In this document: positions 11,893 through 24,814 of the stretch, in pieces
How the letters are laid out: each line of letters begins with the position of its first letter
Numbering within the stretch: position 1 is the stretch's first letter
Assembly: GCA_052426225.1 (NCBI GenBank)
Contig: JBNJNM010000017.1
Span: 1-64,000, forward strand
Direction: 5' to 3'
Length of the DNA stretch: 64,000 nt
Source of the DNA: Zancudomyces culisetae HAW-14-8
Lineage: Eukaryota > Fungi > Kickxellomycota
Made by a program: the position numbers and the translations under genes
The notes under the pieces: generated by a model
Told to the model about the DNA's origin: nothing
The model's input: only the letters and a program-made list of their open reading frames with translations
Database searches by the model: none

Positions 11893-13529
11893 AACACATT
11901 GTGATAAGTTGCTATTTATTATTGCAAATTAAAACAAAGTTATATTACTTTTTTTTCATTTTTATGTAATACACAGCACAATAAAAATCTTGAAATTTGC
12001 CATAACTCGATTTACCAATGGTCAGACTTAGATACATTAACATTAATGACAACAATACCACCCATTTATGAACAGTTTAACGCTTGTTCCCTTCCTCCAC
12101 CCTCTATCTTCTCGTCCAGCTTCAACCTCACTTCAAAACACCTTTGGTGGACAGCTTTGCCTTTTTTTTTTCTCCACGGGTTTATTCTCCAACTAACACC
12201 AATTAGACCAACATTAGTAATAAAAATTCAAAGTGCGTATTTCCCAAATTGATCCAGTTTTCTTCACTATTGTCCATAAAACCCATTTTCTATTTCCCCG
12301 CTTGTTTTTATTCTCTACCATACACCTCCTCAACATCTACGTTCCTAGCTTTCAAGATTTGTAAAACTATATGTGGGGTTTTTACTATAGTACTACTTTC
12401 CTAAAACGTTAGTGAATAACATAGTTCAGCTAAAACATTCACATACATATGTTGCCAGGAAAAAAGAAGTATGACCTTTGGATTGAATAAAATAGATAAC
12501 AAGTTATGAGGAATTTACATGCTGCTCATGCCAAGTGAAAAGAGAGGTACAAGTTCTCTGGAGTTTTCTGTTCGATAGTGCGACTTGGCCGAACTAACAA
12601 CCAGATAAATGGTGGAGTATACACAGTCTATCGCTAGTTATTCTCATTGATCTTTCAACATGCGGTTTGGCTTTGTGAAAATTAAACTTCATTCGCATTC
12701 CCACTATGAAAATACATGTCAGGTTTCAAAATTTAATTTCAATTTTGGCCCAAAGTGTCCATGTATTTTTGTTTTATTTTTGAAATTTGCTGCATTTTTT
12801 AATATAGGACAAAGTGTCCATAAATATCATACATCAGGGAAAACGGCAAAAAAAAACATCAGAAAAAATCTCTGGATGAATCACATTTAGGTGTAACAAG
12901 GCAGAGTCAAAGCGAGTATTCAATAATTTCCGGGATGAAGTGGTTCCAGCTATAATAATGAACTTGGAACACAATCTTTTCATGGTTGTTGATAATTATT
13001 GCCAAATTTTGACCTGTTTGGTAATTAGTAAGATGCCATTATTTATATTTACATAAATATCGCATGTCATACTTGTCCAATTCCAGTCGTAACAATAAAT
13101 ACATTCATTGGTGTGAAGATGACATAAACATGAACCACCAATAGTTACAAAGGCATTACAGTTCACAATCTTTTCTATACAGGGGTAGAAAAAACAACAA
13201 TTCTAGAAATATCATGAGAACTGGAGAGGGTCAAATAAGGCATTGGCCAGCTCACAACCTAAAACTCTTAGTCATTTTAACATCCTTCCCTACCACACTC
13301 CAGACCAACATGTTAAAGCTTCATAGCCAAGTCAATAGTGAATCTCTTCTTTTATACTAGGTTTCATAATTAGATGAACAGCAGTTTGGTTATGATTATA
13401 AAAGTTTGCCAATTCAATATCTAGTCCCCAATATTGATCAACCAAAACATCTTTACTTTCGCACGTACTAGACTGAAGTATATAAGATTGTAATATCACT
13501 AGTTATATCTTCTACACTCAGCTTGCATC

Positions 13530-13750
13530 ACCAATATCTCTTCTTGTAGCGCTATGGATAGTGGTTCGCAAAGCTGAGGAAGCCATGCTTTTGAAGGGTA
13601 GATAACGCCATTGTGAGGTATTTGTAGCACAGCAGCTTTTTTTTGTGAATTCAAACAACACTTGACTTGATTTTTACGGCTCGGTTATTCTGGAAATAAT
13701 CCCGCCCGAATGATACCCACTGACCTCATAAAAGTGCAAATGAAAGTGTC
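13530..13750 (+). pseudogene. Possible decayed mitochondrial carrier (SLC25) fragment
   Basis: Broken frames read ALWIVVRKAEEAMLLKG / VDNAIVRYL*HSS and MIPTDLIKVQMK. The last matches the Px[DE]xx[KR] carrier signature. Stops and shifts throughout. Confidence 0.4.
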
Positions 13751-16649
13751 TCGTTTCTTGATACACTTTCTGCTTCTTTTTTTTTACATGTCTCTTGGGT
13801 ATTGCTTACTGTTTGTAATATAGTCGGTAAGTGGTAATCAACATATAAAAAAATATATACACGCTGAAGGTAGGGAGGGGAAGTTATTTTCAAGAATTCT
13901 CACAAACTCTGTAATCTACTGAATTGGCTAGCTTGAGTTGAATAATGCAAAGTGTACTTTCGGGATTAAATACATTCTAAACATCAGTATAAGCTTATGC
14001 TTAATTTAGATAGTGGTCTCTCTTGTTTTTAGACGGATATGGGGTTTGAAGCTGTAAATGCCATTCCCTTCTCCACAGAGTTTCAATAGCATTCAGCGCA
14101 TTTTTAAGATGTGAAAGTTTTTAGTATTGGTGTGGTGGGTAATAAAATCGTACATATGGTGTATCTTGTCTTAATACAATTAATTACCATTCTTTGAAAT
14201 GATTTAAAAATTAAGAGTTGCTTGTAGTTGGGATCTACTGTAGTTTATTGACAGTGTATGATATCAACCGATGGTTCTATTATGAGTTTAATCTATTTCT
14301 TTTGAGAAAAGGAAACGGTTCAACTTGTAATGAGAAATCATACTGACTCTTTCTTTTCACATTAATCTTTTATTTCACGAGGCGCACGCATGTAGAAACC
14401 ATCACACACACTTTTCCCATCCACTCATTTTCCCTAGCTACTAAATATTATCAAGGATGTGACGTTTTTCCCAGCATTACTAGTGATAAAAAAATTAGGG
14501 TTGATGCTGATTCCCCAACTCATTCAAAGCTAATAGAAGCGAAAACAACAACTAAGGATCTGTTACATATCCCGTGCTTGATTTTGCTAGCTTCCAGAGA
14601 ATGCTAAGTATCAGTGTATGTGTGCTCTGAGTGTAGTTGGGGAATTCGTCGTAAATCTTGATATGATTATTTCTGAAGTGTAAAAACCACAATGTGGTCT
14701 GAATCAGAAAAAGATTCCTGTTTTTGTACACAACCAAACCAAGGTTAGTTATACTTTTTGGGGTTTCTGATTTATTTAGTAACCAAAAAAATAAATACAT
14801 TTTAACAATTGTTAATGTGAAAAATATATTTAGTACAACCTCGACATTACACAAACACCAGACTCCCACAAACTTGGAAATATTTTTAATAAATTAATAA
14901 CGCTGTAACTACGTTACATCATGTAGTGGTATATACAGCCCAATAAAAGTTCCCATCACGGTATTAAAATGCCGTTGTATGGTGTAGTTGCAATACAAAC
15001 ACACCAAACTATACACATACCATATTTATACACTCAAGCTTAAATGATGTAAACTTTGGTGCTGACTGATTTTTGTCATTCTTTTTTAGAAGCAAAGTTC
15101 TGTGAAAGTAACGACTTACCTAATATATTCTTTTAAATTGACAAAAATATACAAAAAGCTTCTATTTCGACATAATAAATCTAATTAGGTAATAGTGGTT
15201 AAAAGGTCTAGTAGTTGATGTGTACAGAAAACAGCCATGATGGTAATAATAGCTACAGATACTAATGAGGGATGTACTATTATGTCTATGCAATTTTAAT
15301 AGCAGCGGAGGGAGGAGGAATGTAGGCGTGGGATGAGGGCGGGGGGGGGGGTGAGTAAAAAAACATGTCTATACTCACACCTTCAAGTAACACCCAACTG
15401 TTTTAGAAAATCTGTATTTTATAATTTCTTGGTTGCATCCAGGCACCATTCCACTAATTTTATTTCCACCCCATCAAAATCATGTAAGAGGTTTATAGTT
15501 TTTAACAATCAGTATAATAGAGTAATAGATTCGTGTTATGGTTGTGTGGTTTTGAATGTTTGATCACATCTCTTTTTTTTAAAAAAAAGTTGACGTTATA
15601 ACAAAAAAAAAGGCTTTAAGTTACCTTGTTTTGGTTGTATATTTTCTTTTCATGCTGTGGACAAGCACAGAGTCTATAAATAATCCACTTGAAATGAAAA
15701 ATTCTTTGTTATTAGTGTTGGGTTTGTTTTAATATCAGTTTTTTTTACTCCGAGAAATAACAGTTTCTGCTACTAATTGCATTTTGCAGTTCTTTAAATC
15801 GACATTTATCTGGAATTGATAATATATGTTATTACAGAATAACATGATATCAACACTGGCTATTACTCCTTTTTTAAACGGTTGGCAAAAACTCATTTCA
15901 TAGAAGTTATGAATCCTGAGCTCAAAAACAAAACAATTTGAGCATTAAAAAATGATCTGTACTGCGGTAGATTAAACACCAAGGTATGGCGAGTTGGTAT
16001 ATTTGACTCGTTGAGAACTATTTTTACAACTCAGAAATTACACGAACAACACTGTGCACATACTTATCATTTGGTCTGCTCGAAGATGTTTAAGGTAATG
16101 AGTAGAAAGAAATAAAGGCTTTTCTTGGGAGAAAAGAGGGGGGGAAAGTAATATCAGAAAAGGTCGTGTAGGTGTGTATATCACGCATGTACATTTAAAT
16201 GAACTTGTGGGTTTTCTTTTGTACTTTTTGACTTTTAATTTTTACATTACATGAAAAAAGGGCGAAACAAACCACTTTCTGTCAATAGACGGGAGATAAG
16301 GGCAGGTGATTGGATTATCTATGCTATTCTCTCTTTATGCAGGCCGTATTTACCGCATTGTTTTCAGTTTTCGGCAATTTCCACTTGGTTCGCCATATCT
16401 TTTTAGCAAATTTGTGGTCTTGGATTCATTCACATATTTGCAGGTATATTAAACATTCGAGTTTGGATTTATACAAATAAATAAAGAACTTGTATCATCC
16501 GCAAACTACACAAAACAAAAAGAGTATTGGATAAAAAAAGACAAAAAAAAATATACTTTTGCTTTCAACTTCAACGGATTTCTTTCAGTTGTTCTAAAAA
16601 ACTAAAAAAGCAACGGAAAAAGGTAAATAACGAAATAGCAAAAAAAAAT

Positions 16650-17546
16650 ATGGATGGTCCAGCAGGAGGAGGGTATAAGTACCAGCAATTGCCACCAATT
16701 TACACAGAAACGGATCAGAGCGCGATTGAAAATCGAGATAGGACAAATTACGCACAGGGACAGAGTCATGTTGTAATACCAGTTTTAGGGGGAAATAATG
16801 ACAGCAACGGTTATGGGACACTTATAGGCAATGTGCAAGAAGGGGGTGGTATAGTTTATAAAAAATACGTAATACAGACTGACATGGATATAAGAAAGGC
16901 GTTTATACGAAAAGTGTATACAATACTGATGGTCCAATTGGGCTTAACAAGTGTAATAGCAGGAACAATCATGTTAAATCGAACAATGCAACAGTGGGTG
17001 TTGGGTCATATTGTTGGTGTTCTGGTTACAAGTGTAATAGGAACTCTTGTAACGATGCTATGGCTTTGGTTCAAATCAAAAAGTTATCCACAGAATATGA
17101 TACTACTGGGATTGTTCACAATCTTTGAGGCGATGATGATAGGAACGCTACTAGCCGAGTATTCAAACAGTGGGAACGGTATTTTGGTACTAAAAGCTTT
17201 ACTGATCACGCTTGGTGTTGTTATTGGGCTCACTGTGTTTACAATGCAGAGTAAATATGATTTCAGTGGCTTGGGTCCTATACTGACCGTTGCCCTATTT
17301 GGGTTTACAGGCTTTATGCTGGTGAATATGTTTATTCCATTTTCAGCCGGAGGAGGAGTGTTTGAGTACGGAATAACAATATTTGGTGTTGGATTGTTTT
17401 CTTTGTACTTGGTTTATGATACGTATATGATTATGAACAAATTAGAAGTAGACGAATACATTCTGGGCAGCTTAATGCTATACTTGGATATAATCAATAT
17501 ATTCCTTAATATACTAAGGCTAATAAGCGAAGCCCAGGACCACTAG
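16650..17546 (+). CDS. BXI1: Bax inhibitor-1/TMBIM (lifeguard-like) membrane protein
   Basis: IRKAFIRKVYTIL, seven hydrophobic segments, YLVYDT and LYLDIINIFL motifs. Start placed at the first ATG (16650), not the upstream TTG. Confidence 0.9.
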   Translation: MDGPAGGGYKYQQLPPIYTETDQSAIENRDRTNYAQGQSHVVIPVLGGNNDSNGYGTLIGNVQEGGGIVYKKYVIQTDMDIRKAFIRKVYTILMVQLGLTSVIAGTIMLNRTMQQWVLGHIVGVLVTSVIGTLVTMLWLWFKSKSYPQNMILLGLFTIFEAMMIGTLLAEYSNSGNGILVLKALLITLGVVIGLTVFTMQSKYDFSGLGPILTVALFGFTGFMLVNMFIPFSAGGGVFEYGITIFGVGLFSLYLVYDTYMIMNKLEVDEYILGSLMLYLDIINIFLNILRLISEAQDH

Positions 17547-18149
17547 ACCTGAATATGGTTCCCTATGTCCTTTAGCCTAACTCTAAAATCAATTTAATTT
17601 TAATTCAGCGGCAAGTATACCATCGCGTTCCTTCATCTGGTTTGTTTAAATATTGGTAGCTTTTTTCTAAACATTAAAACGTGTCACAATTTATTTTTAC
17701 ATAAAGAATACGATAAATGGAGAGAAAAAAGCATTCATAGTGCTGTGGAACTTGGTTAAATACCCACTCCTATTTTTTTTTGTTTTAGCCACAAACTTTC
17801 CCTTAAACAGCAATTGGTTTTTATTATTTCTAAAGAGAAACACGTCGCTGAGGTTTAATGTTTTTTTTGAGAGCAAAATAGAGCAAGCTTTTTTTTGGAG
17901 CCAGCAGTATTCGTTTGACTTGGAGCTGAGAACAGAAATTGCATTAGCGTTTACAAGAATGAAAAGCCAACAGAAAAAGAAATTTTTTTCTTTTAAAAAA
18001 ATGAAATTCTATAACTTGTAAAATAAAAATTTTTCTGGTTTATTCAAAACAAAAAGAAAAGAAAAAACCACTTAGTAAATACGAACGAGAAAAGAAATTA
18101 CAAAGGACAGATTAAAAGGAACAAAAAAAAAAGACAAAGATAAAGATAT

Positions 18150-19610
18150 ATGAGTTCTGCACAAAATCAAGCTAAACCTTCATTGCATGGAGTCAAGATT
18201 AAAACAAGAAAGGTAGGAATCCTTTGGTAATTTATTTCATAAGTGTGAACAAGCGCATTTTTTAAAAAAGGAATAGGGATTGCTAAATAAGCAATAGTAA
18301 TGTAAAATATCTGGACTTTTTTATAGAGAGTAATTAAATCGCAAACCAAGTTTGAGCCTGAAGGTAAGGACATTTGGTTTAGGTTATGCAAAAAGCAAGA
18401 GAGATTGAAACAAAAGGGTATGCTAAGATAAAAAAACGTTAAAATAACAATAGGATTTAGGGATCAGCTTTTAGAAGTATTTGGAGAGAACAAAGAGCTT
18501 GATACAGAAGAGATAACAGCCAAGTTAGATGCAGCAGGAAAAACTATAGATTATCGGACATATGGGGAGGCGTTTTTTGAATTGTTGGTGAGCGGAGGAC
18601 TAATCGCACCAGGGGGGATTCTTGAATATGATGAGGAGTATGGCGAGCTGTTCTTCAGCTTGTTTAGTGCAAGAAAAGGAGATAAGGATGCGTTGGAAAT
18701 TGCACGAGAATGGGTGGGGCTAATTAGTCGGCTCACAAGACGATACAAATACCTGGAGCGGATATTTTCGGACACAGCCAAAGGAATCGTAGAGTATGTC
18801 AATCGGTATAGCGAGGAGAACAATAAGCGCTTAGCGGCGGGATTAGGGTTGTTAATGGCGCGAGGGCTGATTGGATTTGAGAGTATCAAAGTGTTACAGA
18901 AAGAGCACCTCAACAAAGATGGCTATGGACTAACGGTTCTTACGGGTATTATGCGAGCATACTTGGGCGAAAAGTCAATTGAAAGCCTGTTTGTGGCTTT
19001 GGAAAAAATCAAAGCAGATTCTCTCTTGGATTTCTTCCCATTCAACAAACGCATGGATGAATACTTTGTGCGTCACTTCGAGGCTGAGGATATGCGGGCC
19101 GTTATTGATTATGTAGCCGCCCGCAAGGCTGAGTCTGCTCGCGATGCTGTTTACTCTGACCTATTTGAACGCCTACAATCCGGTGCTTCTGCAGAAGACC
19201 TGGCAAAAGCTGCCCGTAGAGCCATGACTGCTCACTCTTTTACTCCCGCCCAAATGGCAACCTTGCTATGGGATGCCATTCTGAGTTACCTACGCTCTTC
19301 TTCAGATCTTGTTGCCGAGCAACAGCAATTTATTGCCGAAGTTCGTAAGTACAGCGACTCGCTTCTAGTCTTTACAGATTCCGCAAAGGCCGAAATGGCT
19401 CTTTTGCAACATCTCCAAAAATCTTTTTATGAGGACGCTTCTCTTATGAAATTCTTTGCATCTGTTGTTCGTGTGTTTTACGAAGAGGATGTTTTGTCTA
19501 ACGATGCTATTTTGTTTTGGGCGAAAAAAGGCGCTCTTAGTCAGGGAAAGTCGACTTTTATGAAGCAAATGTCCAAATTTATCGATTATTTAGAGCAGCA
19601 GTCTGAATAA
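18150..19610 (+). CDS. BZW: eIF5-mimic protein 5MP / BZW (W2 domain), ~418 aa, 3 exons
   Basis: Exons 18150-18212, 18327-18363 and 18454-19610 give MSSAQNQAKPSLHGVKIKTRK-RVIKSQTKFEPE-GFRDQ...IDYRTYGEAFFELLVSGGLIAPGG. C-terminal W2 motifs YEEDVLSNDAILFW and GKSTFMKQMSKFIDYL. Confidence 0.9.
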
Positions 19611-19703
19611 TAATCCGTTCTTTTTATTATTTACTACCAACAAAACCTATTTAAAATAAAAATAAACTGTTTCCTAGCTTTAAAGTGCACTATTTGTTTT
19701 GCT

Positions 19704-20381
19704 TTAAAACGACAACAGAAAAGTTTCGGCTACTGTTCTTGCCCTAGCATTTATACTCAGCTTCATCTCGCTAATTTCCTTGTCAACTTCTTGCATAAAC
19801 TCAATAATAAAATCTACAACCTTGTCCTTATCCAGCCGTTCTGTCTCAAGATGCTGGTTTGTAATCAAAAAGCTGATGTCGTATCCTTTTATCGCTGCCA
19901 CCCGTCGTAAAATAACGAAGCTTTCGGCGCGCAGCATCAAAAATCTGGCGAATTTGTGACTTAGAATCTTTTCCATATCATCAGCCTGCTTAATCCGGAT
20001 GGATAACCGAACAGAATTTATAGACGTCTCAATCAGCACTTGTTCATTTTCATTGCGTGAAATGTGTAGTGGTGCAAGAATAACCTCTGGAGTTGTCCTT
20101 TTTGTATATATATTTTTAAATGCTTATTATACAATGTTGGAGTAATACAGATTCTTTGCAATTAAAACTTACCCAGCCTCGATTTCAGGATACTCGTGCT
20201 TCTCTACAATTTGTGAACCAAAACTTTGAATGTTTAGAGCAGCCGTTAAGCTAGATTTCACGGCATTTAGGTAGGGTTTTAGCGTGTTTGACTATTGATT
20301 CCATTATCCAATGTAATATTAGTTTTCGTTTGTATGCATTTTACTATTGCAATTAAAAGAGTATATTTTTCTACTTGCCAT
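19704..20381 (-). CDS. ARPC4: Arp2/3 complex subunit 4 (ARPC4/Arc19), 171 aa, 3 exons
   Basis: Exons 20381-20379 (ATG), 20291-20173 and 20097-19704 give [20 protein letters not shown]...[26 protein letters not shown]...[10 protein letters not shown]. The first intron is GC-AG. Confidence 0.92.
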
Positions 20382-22921
20382 CTCTATCGTTCAACTTTTC
20401 CTCTTTGTTCTTGCTTCGTTAAACTTACAGACTTTGTACTTTGAATATTCTTCACGACCTTTAATCAATGACAGTCAGAAATATTGCCCTTTATTTTTTT
20501 TGCAACTTTTTCTTGAAAGCTAATACCTCTTAAAAATGCAAAGTTAAATAACGTCAAAATGCTAAATTCAATTAGAATGCTCTCAATTTAGGCTTGTATT
20601 TCTTGTTGCACCATTCATAGGTTATCCAAAATGCTTTATTTTTTTTGTTGTTTTTTGGAAGCAGAAACAAATAAAAACTGAAACATCTTGTTTATAAAGA
20701 TGGTACTATTTTTTTTCCATACAAGCACGCACAACTGTTTACAAAGCCAGCTCTAACCGATTTACGTTGGTATGTTGTGGATAAAAGTGAAAGTTTGCAG
20801 ACCTGTAAGTAAGGACAAATATCGTAATACCAATACTTTCTTTAGAATGGTACCCCGAATACACATACTCACATACTCACATACTCACATACACACACAC
20901 ACAAACACAAACACATTCACTATAAAATATCTTTTTTTGTTTTATGAAGCTTTTGGAGGATATGGATTGAAAAAGCAAATATTGTAAAGAAGAGCGAAGC
21001 ATGTTATACAAAGATAAGATAAAACATAAGTATATTGAGCTAAATATGTTTCAAAATAAAGTATAATCATCTCTCTGGCAGTCATAACAAGCCTGGTATT
21101 TGCGCTTGCTTTAAATATTGACTATTCAAGCGTGTAAACGATAAATAACTGAACTGGTGATAAAAAAAATTACATATTTAGAAGCGCGGTTACAGCTACA
21201 CCTATTCTAAATTATTCGTATACATATTTTTAGAAATAGGATTATCACGTTACCTTTGTAATGGCAGTGTAGACATATTGTGCTTTAACTGCTGGTTAAA
21301 CTACAACTCCATGGCGTACCTAGTAAAATTTTCCATATAACTCATTTACATTTGATACTCCCTTTGGCGCGCGCTTTTGCATAAAAAGCGTGCAGTTAGC
21401 TGAATACTAGTTTACAGCTACGTATCTAAGGTATACGTATTATCTGGCTACTCCACCCCTGCCCCTTCCTGTTCCGAGTAACCATGCTAGTGATGTTATT
21501 TGGTAATAGTTGATGGTATATTGGGAGAACAAAAACCCATATCTCAGTTGATTAGTTGCGTTTCTTTTTTTTTTTGCAATACGTTTTTTTTGGTTCTGTA
21601 GCTCAATTTTCTGAAAAGAATAAGTACCCAACTATCAAAAGCCAATGGAGGTAGCTGATGCCGGCTAGAATATTGTTTTCCAATATTAGCTGTTGGTTCA
21701 TGTTTGAAAGTATATTCATACAAAGGCAAATGTTTTGTTGTATTATATGCCACCAGGTGTAGAGCGGGATAACGCATTGTATAACCCTAGACTAAAAAAA
21801 AAAGAGTCTGGCCTTGCAAAAATTGGTATTTATTTCACTTCAAAACACTTTTGTTAATACCACTCATGTTTCCCATTATCTTTTCTCATAACAACACTAG
21901 AATTTCTTGGTTTGTAGTGGGGTATCAATTTTTTTTATTATTTCTTTTTTTACCTTAACCCAATAGTTCGTGCGAATACCTAACAGTTGTCAATAATGTT
22001 AATAGAACACAGCTGATAAATAGCTAGCTTTTGTAGTTCCGGACACAAATTCATACTCGAGTTTCCATATCCATGTACGGTTTGGCACTGATACTGCAGT
22101 GCCCTTGTGAGTTGCGGAAGGGGATGTGGTTGTGGGCAAATACTCAAAGCGTAGTTGTAGAACTATTCCTAGTTATTGATATTTTTTGCAATTCGCATAA
22201 AAGTTAGTTCTCTAAAAAATTAAAGGGAGGGTAAAATGGATAGACACAAGCATAGCAACAGGGTACCATATTCAATTTACATAGGTTTAAACTGGTGATC
22301 ACTTGAAAGGGGATCAACATTTAATATACTGAAATGTCGAGCCACAGTTAGAGGATATAGTACAAAGTTTATCATGCACAGTTCAAAACTCAAAATAAAT
22401 AATACGAAATAGGTCCAGGCTGTAGTAATAATAGAAATGTGAAAATCATTATATCTAGAAGCTATAGGCATAAAGTGCTCAGCACAATGAGTTTAGTTTT
22501 ACTTTTTGTTCTCATCTCTATAATAGTTTAATAGTATAAAATATATAAATTGAGGAGAAACTATCTTGAAAGTATATCCGTTAGCAATACAATCACTGCT
22601 ATTCGTTATTTAAATTGAATATTTTTCTTTGGTGTTTTATTCAAAACAGGACATCGTTAAAATAAACCATACTACTGAGCTTTTCTGAAAATTTTGTAAG
22701 TGATGTTTCTTTTAAAAATTGTGGTACATTCGTTAAATATATAACCGATTAAGGGTACTTACTTGGTATTAAGAAAAAACGTACTGATTTAACTGTATTG
22801 ATCTACGATTGATAGCTATCTGTGAAACGACTTGATGAGTGTACAATAGAAACCACTCTACCAGTTGCAGAAAAAAATAGAATAAAAAAATAGAATAAAA
22901 AAATAGAAAAAGAATAACAGC

Positions 22922-24814
22922 ATGAATAAGCTTTTGTTTGTGTGTGGGATCATCTTTACAGTGATTTTGTCGATCTCAAGAGCAGCGGCAGACAAAAACG
23001 CAAAGGTAAACTTTGCTCAGCTTAACCGACTTGTTGTGGATAATGCCTCAAACATAGCTAGTCCGAGTTCAACACAAACTAACGCTCTTCATCCTGGGGT
23101 TGGGGCAGCTGATGGCGCGTTGATAAGAAAAGTCGAAAATCTGATGGATGACGAAAAACTGGCTGCACAGAATAGAAAAAAATCTATTTACAGACTTCGA
23201 ATTAAGTATAGACTTAGGTTTGAGGCTGCAAAGGCATTGTTTGAGGAAAGACTTGGTCAGCTAAACGATAGAATCGAGTCTCTTAAAAACAGAATAAATG
23301 AACAAAATGAGTGTTTTACTGCCAACACCATAACAGTGACATCAGATTATACTTCTACAAAGACCAGCCGCGTCAAAGTGAAGCAAACAGTAACTGTACA
23401 GCCAACAGTCCAAGCAACGACTATCCTGCACACCACTGTCACGGTTCCAAAAAAAACTAAAACCAATACACGGCATACCATGAATAGACCTTGTACCAAG
23501 TGGAAATCAACAAGTGTTTTTATTACACTTACAAAGTACACAGATAAGACAAAAGTATCTTCCACAACAGTTACAAGAAAACAAACAGTGGAGACTATTT
23601 TGACAACCACATCTAAAGTAGTCGCAACTGCAACAAAGAAAACTGTTATTACATCCACGCTTCAGGCTACAGCCACCGCTACAACAACCGTTCCAAAAAC
23701 CATAGTGGTATCACAAACTTCAACAAAGCCACAAATATTTACGACAACCACAAGCTCTATATCTTCCGTTACCCGTGTCACTAGATTGACTACTACATCA
23801 AACGCCAGCCTAACCTTGACGGCCACACAAAGTTCCATCATAACTAACAGTGTACTTTCAACTGTATTTGCAACAAAGGATCACACTGTTACTTCTACCG
23901 TTTACATGACATCCACTACGGTATTAACACGCACGCAAATTCAAACAGTACTTACACACTCTACACAGACTACACGGGTTACAAACACCACAACTACTAG
24001 AGTTAAATCCACACAGACAAGCCTCACGACTACTACTTCCAGCGCAACTATTACCGTAACCACAAGAAGAACAAAGAGTCAAAGTACCATACTCACTGTA
24101 CCAACCACTTCAACTGTTGTACAAACAATAACAAACAGCAAGACCATAGTTAAAACCAGTACCTCAAATATTACACAAACAGTGATAACAAGGACAAAAT
24201 CTAAAGTTACAAATACAAGCACACAAAAACTGACTGTCACCACGTACAGTACAGCTACAAACACAATAACTGCTAGTCTTACAATTAATAAGGTTACAAG
24301 AACAACAACAACCATTCCAACGACTAATATAGTTATTATTACAAGCACAAGCACTAAAACTGTCATGGTTGACCCTACTGCAGAGTCGGTTACTACTACA
24401 TCGCTTACTAAATCCAGAAGCACTACAAGAACCATTGTTTCCCCTACCACAAAAACCGCTAGTACTTGCCTTACCAGAACAAGAACAAGAACCTCTATTC
24501 GAACAAACACCTCCACACGTACACGTACACGTACTAACACTGTTACCAGTGATTCGACAACAACTAAAACGCATTCTAGCTACCAAACCTTTACTGATAC
24601 AAAGATACACACAAGTATCACCACTGTTAGCTCGAAGTCTACCATTAATGACACCGAATTTATTACAACTAGAAGCTGTCGCACAATCACCTCAACTCAA
24701 TCTCGAACAAAAACAAAAACAACAACCATACGCTCAACAACTACTTCATCTATTACTGTTACTAAACACGAGAGACCTATTATTAGAACATGTAAAACAC
24801 TTGTAAGCGCCTAA
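22922..24814 (+). CDS. Secreted Thr-rich, basic, mucin-like protein
   Basis: 630-aa ORF with a hydrophobic signal peptide, a helical/coiled-coil segment (~aa 65-130), then ~500 aa dominated by T/S/V/K/R. No C-terminal GPI or TM signal. Possible 5'UTR intron at 22696-22815. Confidence 0.75.
   Translation: MNKLLFVCGIIFTVILSISRAAADKNAKVNFAQLNRLVVDNASNIASPSSTQTNALHPGVGAADGALIRKVENLMDDEKLAAQNRKKSIYRLRIKYRLRFEAAKALFEERLGQLNDRIESLKNRINEQNECFTANTITVTSDYTSTKTSRVKVKQTVTVQPTVQATTILHTTVTVPKKTKTNTRHTMNRPCTKWKSTSVFITLTKYTDKTKVSSTTVTRKQTVETILTTTSKVVATATKKTVITSTLQATATATTTVPKTIVVSQTSTKPQIFTTTTSSISSVTRVTRLTTTSNASLTLTATQSSIITNSVLSTVFATKDHTVTSTVYMTSTTVLTRTQIQTVLTHSTQTTRVTNTTTTRVKSTQTSLTTTTSSATITVTTRRTKSQSTILTVPTTSTVVQTITNSKTIVKTSTSNITQTVITRTKSKVTNTSTQKLTVTTYSTATNTITASLTINKVTRTTTTIPTTNIVIITSTSTKTVMVDPTAESVTTTSLTKSRSTTRTIVSPTTKTASTCLTRTRTRTSIRTNTSTRTRTRTNTVTSDSTTTKTHSSYQTFTDTKIHTSITTVSSKSTINDTEFITTRSCRTITSTQSRTKTKTTTIRSTTTSSITVTKHERPIIRTCKTLVSA

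Noticed and set aside
16527-16649. N-terminal extension of BXI1 from a TTG start
   Set aside because: A-rich, UTR-like sequence. The first ATG at 16650 gives a normal-length protein.
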